A stretch of DNA of 64,000 nucleotides, taken from NCBI GenBank assembly GCA_030527235.1, contig JAUNBL010000005.1, forward strand, positions 9,798-73,797, in the 5' to 3' direction. Shown piece after piece: positions 9,099-16,479 of the stretch. How positions within the stretch are numbered: position 1 is the stretch's first letter; every line of letters starts with the position of its first letter. Position numbers and translations under genes: made by a program. The stretch is from Clostridia bacterium. Lineage in GTDB: Bacteria; Bacillota; Clostridia; UMGS1883. The notes beneath the pieces were generated by a model. It saw only the letters and a program-made list of their open reading frames with translations, was not told the DNA's origin and searched no databases.

Positions 9099-9180
9099 AC
9101 CGTTCTCCTCGTAGCGGCAGGGACCGTTGAACGTTAAATGAGTTTAACGAATGGCAGTCCCTGCTACAAAATTAATTTAT

Positions 9181-12100
9181 CTATTCGATTTTTTCATTTA
9201 TTGCAATATCATTGAAAATCAGCTTAACATATTCATCTGATGTCTCGCTTGTACCCACACTCATCAAGCCAATATTACCTGTACCTCCAAAATAATACGA
9301 CATCTCATTTATTGGAGTGACTTGTGATGTTACACTATCGTACTCAAAAACTGTCCATAATGTTCCTTCGCCTTGCGGAACACTAAATGTGTAAAGCGGA
9401 ACAGGTGAGGCTTCGTGGAAGACCTGAACATATGCGCCCGAATTGGCCAATGATGTGCTATTGCTTGAACCACGATTTGAATAATCATGAATATAAAAAC
9501 AGTATTTCCCGCTTACCGGCTTGTAAATTGTAGTTGTTTCTGGTCCATAGCTTGAAACATCATCTAAATCTAAATCTGCCATTTTAGTGTTATTTTCATA
9601 ATTACTCTTCTTCGCATAATAGGTGTGAAATAGTCCTCCATTCAAAGTAGGACCAACAAGATGTGAATCTAAGTCACGCGGAAGTTCACCCCATTTTAAC
9701 ACTATTCTCATTTGCGAAACATCCAGAGAATTTGTTACTACTCCATTTTGCGCCGTTATAGTTTTATTCCCAAGCACCTTAATGTTAAACATATTCTGTA
9801 AATATCTATCGTTCTCATCTGACAAGGAACGTTCATCAAGAATTTGCACACAATAATTGCCTGCCGGCAATGAACCCGTAATATAACTTCCATCGTTTGA
9901 TGTAGTTAAAACAGAAACAACTTCTCCATTATCAATGTTGTTAAGTCCGTTTCGAATATTCAAAGTCAGGTCAGAAACACCACTACCAGTTAGAACATCG
10001 TAAACAATACCAGAAGCATATCCATTCCCTTCAAACTCATTAGGAATAGATTCAAGAGTTGCATTATAATAGTTAATTTGTCCTTGTTTAATCACTATTG
10101 TTTGAATCAGTGGAATATGCCCTGTTTTTTCCACAGTTACAGTATATAGACCTGCCGGCAATTCGCTGATAGTATATATGCCATCAGTTCCCGTTTGTGT
10201 GGATTTGGTAAGTGATTGTGATCCCGTGATTTTTGCTATCGTTACCTTTGCGCCGGCAAGTGCGACATTATTAGTATCATTTGTGTCAGTATCTGCAATC
10301 GTCACTTTTCCCGTAACCTGGTTTGAATAAAGTGTATCAAGAACAACATCTAGCGTTTTATTACTGTTGCCAACGTCTACATCGGATGCAGTATAGGAAG
10401 TATATCCGGTTTTTTCAAATTTAACCTCATAGATACCGCTGAGTACGCTGGGAAACTCGTAGTACCCTTCGGCATTGGTTTTAACTGTGTTCGGTTGAGC
10501 CGATAAATCATCCGTTCGTTTTAAAGTTACGATTGCATCAGCAATTATAGGATTATTGCTATTATCTCTGTCACCATCGGCTGCAGTGACCGTTCCTGTC
10601 ATTTTTGTTGTGGCAATACCAGATTCAAGAAACATTTTTTCCCATTCAAAACTCTTTTCTAATCCACCTTCCCAATTAAAACCTTTGGCGATTAAACGAA
10701 AATCGCCGTTAACTCTTCCGCCAACACCCTGACTGAAAGACGCATTTCCATCAATATCGAATCCATCGTTATTCAATGCAATGCTTCCTTCCATGTTTGC
10801 TTCTGCCCTGTAAAAAACCACACCACTCACACTTGCGGGCATAATACCCGCTATCATAACACCAGCATTAATTCCTGCACCAATCTCAAATTTTGCTTCA
10901 GCTGAACCTTCGAGCTGTACTTCGAGAGATGGTTTTTCATTTTTTTTGCTCGCTGATTGTCCGCACACATCGAAAATTTCCAACTGTCTGTCAAATGGTA
11001 ATTGATAACTCTTTTGTCCTAAATTATTGTTTAGTGAACCATATGCGCCAGAAAAATCCTTTTTCTGAAGATTGAATCCTTTTTCGTTATAAGAGTTGTA
11101 TGAAAATGTTAATGTCACCTCACCTTTAACACTTCCATCTAAATCTAAAATAATTGAAAAGAGAAGTATTGGGTTGAACGGTATTGCGACAGACTGGTTA
11201 GAAATACTTTGAATGGTGCCTGTAACAGTTGGAATGGCGATGCTTACACCGAAGGATGCAAGTACAATTTTTTTATCAAATTCAACGCCACTAATCCCCA
11301 ATCCCATGAATTCCCTTCTGTTATCAAAGCCCCCATTCATGGCTTTAACAAAATCTCCAGTATCAATTTCAGCCTTATAATTAGCTTTTAACTCTGATAC
11401 CGTTTCATAAGTTGTTTTTGATAGAATTTGCTGTGGCAAAACATCAAAACTCCAAGGCCAAAAATTAGGATGCCATTCTACACCTCCTATATGTTTTAGG
11501 TCTTTAATTCCAAATTGTCCACCCACAGTGATCTGATCGTTTTTTGTTGTAATTGAACCATCCTTATCATAAATAACAACATCGTTAAGTTTAATCAGTA
11601 AATCAGTTTTATTTTGATTGCCATTACTAGTATTTGAAAAAGTTGGAATGAGGCCTTTTACCAATTCCTTGGGTTGCCAACCCGGTGTGGTAAAGTTCTC
11701 TTGCGCCGCCATCAGACTTATTTCACCGCCGTCATCTATAGAACACTGAGTGCCATCAGGAAGCATAATAAAAGCAATTGGATTTTCGCTATCTATACCA
11801 CCAGAAAAATCTAGCCTTACATCGCCACCAAAAAGCTCGTCCAATGATGGGGTACTAAAACGAACAACTTCATATTCGTTTGCTGGGTAGCTTCCTGTAT
11901 CATCACTTTCAAACGTCCCTTCTATAGTGCCTATAAATCCTACTAAGAATTGCTCACTTTGGGGCAGTGCATATGTATCACCTATTGCAAGCTTATTAGT
12001 TCTAATTGCATTTATCAATGGAGAGGTTTCTTGCATTAATACGCAGGTATAGTCATCAGAATAGTCTTCTGTGTCTTCACCTTCATTCCAAAAACATACA

Positions 12101-13350
12101 ATGCTATCATATACCGTTTGAGTGTCTTCTACATCAGTTGTTTTCAGTGTTGAAGCAAATGTAACTTCCGTACTGAGTCTGTCAACATGAATACTTTCTA
12201 TTTTAGTATTATTGCTTACATCTGTTACAGTTACAGATATGTTATTACCACCTATGCTTAATGGTATCGTAATTTCAAAATCTTCAAGCCCATTTACTGT
12301 AAGCGTATTTTCATCGCCAGTATTTGTTACATTTACTCCAACAATACTTTTTATAGCTTTGTTATCTGTTGCTTTTCCTTTGAGGATAATAGTATCGCTA
12401 GATGTTTGTATAATACCATCGCCTATTTCCATACCTGTTTTTTCAAATGTCAATGTTGGTGCGGTTCTGTCGGTAGTTGAACCGCCGCCGCCGCCGCCAC
12501 CGCCGCCGGAACTTTTGATTATGTATTCACCGCTGAAAATATCACTTACAAGCACACCGTTTTTAACGGCGATTGCCTGTAATTTTTTTGTGCCTGTTGT
12601 CAGGCTGATTGCTTTTGTATATTTTGTGCTTTTGGCAGTAGGAGTTGTTCCGTCTATTGTATAATATATTTCAGCATCCTTAGTTGCAGTTGTCAGCGTT
12701 ATGCTTTTTGTTCCTGTGTATGTACCCGCCTCAAGTGACGCTATAGGTGCAATTAACTCAGCTTTCAGACCGTCAAAAACCATCTGCGCCACATCGCCGC
12801 GAGTAGATGCTTTACCCTTTCTGCCCTTAAGACTATTTGTTATGCCTTTATCTTTTGCCGCAGCAAGATATCCGGCAGACCAATCGTCCGGGTCAACCGT
12901 TATTCCGTCGTCAAAGCCCAAAGCGCATACAACCATTTTGATTGCTTCTTCATACTTAACATCATCTTCGGGACGAAATTTTCCGTTTCCGTCGCCGTTT
13001 ATAATACCTTCATCCGAGGCAATGTTAATATAACCGCTTGCCCAGTGATTTGCGGCAACATCGTCAAATTTTGTTTCGCCTGCAGCTTTTTCGGCATCGC
13101 TTTCCTTATCGATTACACGACAAGTGATTGCAGCCATTTCCGCCCTTGTGATTGACTTATCAGCTCCGAATGAGCCGTCCTCATATCCGGCTAAAATATC
13201 CAACACGGATAATGCCTCGGCTGCCTGTGCGTAATACTCCGTACCTTCAACGTCGGTAAATGTTTTTGTGTCCTCGGCAAAAGCTAATGTTGCCGGCAGC
13301 ATGGTGATAAGCATTGCTATTGATAAAATAATACTCAGTGTCCTCTTCAT
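9181..13350 (-). CDS. Giant SLH-domain cell-surface protein (1389 aa)
   Basis: The start at 13350 has GGAGGAGG upstream and a signal peptide (MKRTLSIILSIAMLITMLPATLAFA). Three SLH repeats span about 12762-13260. Then come a chitobiase-C/Fn3-associated-like module, a Gly9 linker, Ig-like modules, an unassigned region of about 310 aa, three carboxypeptidase-regulatory-like repeats, and a C-terminal DUF2135-like module. Confidence 0.85.
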   Translation of the reverse strand: MKRTLSIILSIAMLITMLPATLAFAEDTKTFTDVEGTEYYAQAAEALSVLDILAGYEDGSFGADKSITRAEMAAITCRVIDKESDAEKAAGETKFDDVAANHWASGYINIASDEGIINGDGNGKFRPEDDVKYEEAIKMVVCALGFDDGITVDPDDWSAGYLAAAKDKGITNSLKGRKGKASTRGDVAQMVFDGLKAELIAPIASLEAGTYTGTKSITLTTATKDAEIYYTIDGTTPTAKSTKYTKAISLTTGTKKLQAIAVKNGVLVSDIFSGEYIIKSSGGGGGGGGGSTTDRTAPTLTFEKTGMEIGDGIIQTSSDTIILKGKATDNKAIKSIVGVNVTNTGDENTLTVNGLEDFEITIPLSIGGNNISVTVTDVSNNTKIESIHVDRLSTEVTFASTLKTTDVEDTQTVYDSIVCFWNEGEDTEDYSDDYTCVLMQETSPLINAIRTNKLAIGDTYALPQSEQFLVGFIGTIEGTFESDDTGSYPANEYEVVRFSTPSLDELFGGDVRLDFSGGIDSENPIAFIMLPDGTQCSIDDGGEISLMAAQENFTTPGWQPKELVKGLIPTFSNTSNGNQNKTDLLIKLNDVVIYDKDGSITTKNDQITVGGQFGIKDLKHIGGVEWHPNFWPWSFDVLPQQILSKTTYETVSELKANYKAEIDTGDFVKAMNGGFDNRREFMGLGISGVEFDKKIVLASFGVSIAIPTVTGTIQSISNQSVAIPFNPILLFSIILDLDGSVKGEVTLTFSYNSYNEKGFNLQKKDFSGAYGSLNNNLGQKSYQLPFDRQLEIFDVCGQSASKKNEKPSLEVQLEGSAEAKFEIGAGINAGVMIAGIMPASVSGVVFYRAEANMEGSIALNNDGFDIDGNASFSQGVGGRVNGDFRLIAKGFNWEGGLEKSFEWEKMFLESGIATTKMTGTVTAADGDRDNSNNPIIADAIVTLKRTDDLSAQPNTVKTNAEGYYEFPSVLSGIYEVKFEKTGYTSYTASDVDVGNSNKTLDVVLDTLYSNQVTGKVTIADTDTNDTNNVALAGAKVTIAKITGSQSLTKSTQTGTDGIYTISELPAGLYTVTVEKTGHIPLIQTIVIKQGQINYYNATLESIPNEFEGNGYASGIVYDVLTGSGVSDLTLNIRNGLNNIDNGEVVSVLTTSNDGSYITGSLPAGNYCVQILDERSLSDENDRYLQNMFNIKVLGNKTITAQNGVVTNSLDVSQMRIVLKWGELPRDLDSHLVGPTLNGGLFHTYYAKKSNYENNTKMADLDLDDVSSYGPETTTIYKPVSGKYCFYIHDYSNRGSSNSTSLANSGAYVQVFHEASPVPLYTFSVPQGEGTLWTVFEYDSVTSQVTPINEMSYYFGGTGNIGLMSVGTSETSDEYVKLIFNDIAINEKIE
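9830..10602 (-). repeat. Three tandem carboxypeptidase-regulatory-like (CarboxypepD_reg) domain repeats within the SLH protein
   Basis: The repeats carry the recurring pattern G.V....G..I..A.V.L......T.T...G.Y.F..L..G.Y.V...K.GY. Examples are GTVTAADGD...GIYEVKFEKTGY, GKVTIADTD...GLYTVTVEKTGH and SGIVYDVLT...GNYCVQILDE. Confidence 0.6.
12481..12507 (-). repeat. In-frame (GGC/GGT)9 trinucleotide tract encoding Gly9
   Basis: The plus strand reads ACC GCC GCC GCC GCC GCC ACC GCC GCC. It translates to SSGGGGGGGGGSTT in the SLH protein. Confidence 0.9.
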
Positions 13351-13530
13351 AAAATACTTCCTCCTCCAAAATATTAGTTTTTTGTGATGCGATTTTAAGC
13401 TAAAGTTTGCGCCCCCTCTCACAATGGCAATAGAATTGCGATTATCCCCCTCAATTATCTGCCGTACCTCCTCTAACTGACACGCTTTATGCTTCAATTA
13501 AATGCTTTCAAGATGTTTTCTTGTATATTA

Positions 13531-13560
13531 ATTATACATCATGACAGTAATGGTTGTCTA
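13531..13560 (-). promoter_or_regulatory. Candidate promoter of the SLH-protein gene
   Basis: The minus strand reads TAGACA, an 18-nt spacer, then TATAAT. This implies a 5' UTR of about 175 nt. Confidence 0.4.
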
Positions 13561-13689
13561 TACCTGTTTATCCCAATAGGAGGCATATTTATCAGGTTCA
13601 GCGCTATTTTTGAAGTTTTATTATTTTTTTAAGATACTGCTTGCAATTATTCTGTTTGTATGCTATTATAATGATGAGGTGATATTAAA

Positions 13690-14631
13690 TTGTCCGATAA
13701 AAAGCACATGACGTCAATCGGCGGCGCGGCAGTCATGGAAGGTGTTATGATGCGCGGGCCTAAAGAGATAGCTACGGCAGTGCGAAAACCCGATGGGGAA
13801 ATAGTGCTTCAGAAAAAACCTGTTTCTTCTCTTGTAAATCGCTTAAAGCTTACAAAAATTCCGCTGGTGCGGGGAGTTTTCGCATTTTTTGACTCGATGG
13901 TAACAAGTGTTTCCGCGTTGATGTACAGCGCGGAGTTTGTAGATATCGAAGCAGACGAGGACGAACAGCCGTCAAAATTTGAAGCGTGGCTTACAAATAA
14001 GCTCGGTGACCGCTTTAAGGACGTGCTGATTTACTTTTCGGTTTTTGTTTCACTTGTATTTTCCATTGCTCTTTTTATGCTCCTGCCTAACTTCATAGCG
14101 GGTTTTGTGCATAATTACGTGTCCTCCGGCGTTATAATGTCTTTGGTAGAAGGTGTTATACGTATCGCAATTTTTTTGAGCTATATTCTTCTTGTTTCGC
14201 GCATGAGAGATATTCAAAGAGTTTTCGAGTATCACGGAGCGGAGCATAAAACCATATTTTGTTATGAGGCGGGGCTTCCTCTTACTCCGGAAAATGCGCG
14301 CGCAATGTCCAGACTGCATCCGCGCTGCGGAACGAGCTTTCTCGTTTTTGTTATGCTGGTAAGTATTATCCTTTTCTCGTTTATCTCATGGGACAGCATG
14401 TGGGTACGCATGGGGATGCGCCTGCTCCTGCTTCCTGTTGTGGCTGGAATATCATACGAAATAATTCGCTGGGCGGGTCGCAGCAGCAACCGCATTGTGT
14501 GTACTCTTTCAAAGCCCGGCATGTGCCTTCAAAATCTTACAACCCGCGAACCGGACGACAGCCAGTTAGAGGTCGCCATTGCCGCCATGAGCGCAGTAAT
14601 CACGGGTGACAAAGATGAGGATAAATGGTAA
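13690..14631 (+). CDS. DUF1385 (YqhQ-like) membrane protein
   Basis: SIGGAAVMEGVMMRGP...EYHGAEHK...LHPRCGTSF is the typical DUF1385 signature, and the gene lies upstream of prmC as in many Firmicutes. The TTG start follows GAGGTGA. Confidence 0.8.
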   Translation: MSDKKHMTSIGGAAVMEGVMMRGPKEIATAVRKPDGEIVLQKKPVSSLVNRLKLTKIPLVRGVFAFFDSMVTSVSALMYSAEFVDIEADEDEQPSKFEAWLTNKLGDRFKDVLIYFSVFVSLVFSIALFMLLPNFIAGFVHNYVSSGVIMSLVEGVIRIAIFLSYILLVSRMRDIQRVFEYHGAEHKTIFCYEAGLPLTPENARAMSRLHPRCGTSFLVFVMLVSIILFSFISWDSMWVRMGMRLLLLPVVAGISYEIIRWAGRSSNRIVCTLSKPGMCLQNLTTREPDDSQLEVAIAAMSAVITGDKDEDKW

Positions 14632-15392
14632 GGCTTCTAAACAGTCTTTCCACGCGTCTGAACAGCCGCAGCGATGCACGGGCCATAATTGAGAGCGTTA
14701 TCGGCTGTGACGCGCTGCTTTGCCGACGAGCGCCCACAGAAGGCGAGCTTGAACGTGTCAACGCTATTGCCGAGCGCGTTTTGGGCGGCGAGATGCTTGC
14801 TTATGTTTTGGGTAAAACGGAATTTATGTCCCTTCCGTTTTATGTTAATACGGATGTACTTATTCCGCGGCAGGATACCGAAACGCTTGTCGAGGCGGTT
14901 ATGGGGATCGCCAAAGGCGGTGAAAGGATTCTTGATTTGTGCTGCGGGAGCGGCTGCATCGCGATTAGCCTATCCAAATATATTAAGGGTGCACACGTTA
15001 CCGGGGCGGACATTTCCGCCGCCGCACTCGACGTTGCACGGCGCAACGCCGCACTGAACGGTGTGGACGCTGAATTCGTTTTCATGGACGTTTTTGGGGA
15101 ATCTTACGGCGAATGGGATATCATTGTTTCCAATCCGCCGTACATCTCAAGCAAAGAGCTTCAAAACCTTTCCGTTGCGCGCCACGAGCCGCTTATCGCC
15201 CTTTGTGGGGGGGACGATGGGCTTGATTTTTACCGGGCGCTGACACGCACGGCAAAATCCTCGTATCTTGCAATGGAAATCGGCTATAATCAGGCCGAAG
15301 CAGTGAAAGCTCTTTGCGAAAAGCGCTATTCTAACGTAGAGGTTATCAGGGACTATTTGGGGAATGATAGAGTTATTATTGCCTCGCATTAG
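14625..15392 (+). CDS. prmC: Release-factor glutamine N5-methyltransferase
   Basis: The SAM motif is ILDLCCGSGCI and the catalytic motif is NPPY (IVSNPPYI). It overlaps the upstream gene by 7 nt. Confidence 0.9.
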   Translation: MVRLLNSLSTRLNSRSDARAIIESVIGCDALLCRRAPTEGELERVNAIAERVLGGEMLAYVLGKTEFMSLPFYVNTDVLIPRQDTETLVEAVMGIAKGGERILDLCCGSGCIAISLSKYIKGAHVTGADISAAALDVARRNAALNGVDAEFVFMDVFGESYGEWDIIVSNPPYISSKELQNLSVARHEPLIALCGGDDGLDFYRALTRTAKSSYLAMEIGYNQAEAVKALCEKRYSNVEVIRDYLGNDRVIIASH

Positions 15393-15421
15393 CATGGGAC
15401 AATAATAAAGGGGGTTGTTGT

Positions 15422-16243
15422 ATGGGACAAGTTTGCAGGTGTCTGCTGTTTTGCTGTGCATTTTTTATGGTTGCTTCTGTTTCTGCGTTGGCGGCGGCGG
15501 TTACATTTGTACCGCAAAACTACATAACTGTTGCCGATGGTGTGACTCTCACGATAGAACCCGGCGCCATCTTGTGTAATTCGGCAGGTACCGTAACACT
15601 TGAGGACTGTGAGACTTCACAAAGTCATACCAATTCTGTTGTGATTTTTCCGGCGGCGCAGAGCGTTACTCTTTCAAACAACACAATACGCGATTCATCG
15701 GAAAACGGCATTGTTGTTCCGGACAACGGCTGCCCCGTTATTGAGTCCAATACGATTACCCGAAGCGGTTCTTTTGCGCTTCGGGTTAGTGGCGCGCCTA
15801 TTTTTAGTCCTGTGCGCGGAAATATATTTTCGGAAAACGGACGCAGAGTTTCCCTAAGCTCTTGTCGCATTGAAGGCAGCCAACATGGCATTGTTTCCGA
15901 AGGTTTTCCCATTTCGGCGGTAAAATGTGAATTTGCAGACAGTTCTATATTCGACATTTTTCTTAAAAATAACGCGATAGCATCTGTCTTAGAAGACAAC
16001 TTATACCAAAAAGGTGCGCAAATAGAAGGCAATCTCACCCAGGATGCCGTTGTTATAGGCGAGTATCAGCTTTCGGGCGCGGTACACGTTGCCGGTGGCA
16101 GCAGCCTTACTGTTGCCGGAAATATAAAAGGCGGCGCACTCGGCATAAACATTACCGGTGCACTTATCTCAAGCGGCGTTTCTCTTCCGTCGCTTACTAT
16201 TTTGGAAGGGGGGCGGCGGAGATTAAAAAGTGCAACGTTATAG
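15422..16243 (+). CDS. Secreted right-handed beta-helix repeat protein (hypothetical)
   Basis: It has a signal peptide and parallel beta-helix-like repeats (NNTIRDSSENGIVV, SNTITRSGSFALRV). AAGGGGG precedes the ATG. The 3' end may be truncated at a G6 run (see findings). Confidence 0.6.
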   Translation: MGQVCRCLLFCCAFFMVASVSALAAAVTFVPQNYITVADGVTLTIEPGAILCNSAGTVTLEDCETSQSHTNSVVIFPAAQSVTLSNNTIRDSSENGIVVPDNGCPVIESNTITRSGSFALRVSGAPIFSPVRGNIFSENGRRVSLSSCRIEGSQHGIVSEGFPISAVKCEFADSSIFDIFLKNNAIASVLEDNLYQKGAQIEGNLTQDAVVIGEYQLSGAVHVAGGSSLTVAGNIKGGALGINITGALISSGVSLPSLTILEGGRRRLKSATL

Positions 16244-16412
16244 GCGATGTGTCTGTAACCTCCGCCGCCCAAACCTCATGCATCGTGCAGGAAATTGAAC
16301 CTCTGGCCGCTATGGAAGAGAAAACCTTTTAAGTTTCGCAGGGCGCAAAATCTTTCGTATGGGATTGCTCAATGCGTACTGCTAATGTCATTTCGCGCAC
16401 CGCAAAAAAAGC

Positions 16413-16441
16413 TTGACCTGCCAAGGCGCATCATATATACT
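16413..16441 (+). promoter_or_regulatory. Promoter of the GH30 gene
   Basis: TTGACC, 17-nt spacer, TATACT. Confidence 0.5.
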
Positions 16442-16479
16442 TATTGTTGTATATATTTTGTCAGAACGGAGTGAACTCA

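Noticed and set aside
9830-10602. Periodic repeats checked as a possible CRISPR array or DGR variable region
   Set aside because: The repeats are in-frame protein-domain duplications with divergent sequence. The window has no spacer-repeat structure, no cas genes and no reverse transcriptase.
13351-13497. A 49-codon N-terminal extension of the giant ORF (ORF-track start at 13497)
   Set aside because: The internal ATG at 13350 has a GGAGGAGG RBS and is followed at once by a canonical signal peptide. The extension has no RBS and is not signal-like.
7810-13690. Calling the AT-rich segment a mobile element or integrated prophage
   Set aside because: No integrase, transposase, phage genes or flanking direct repeats are visible. 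I report it only as a compositional island.
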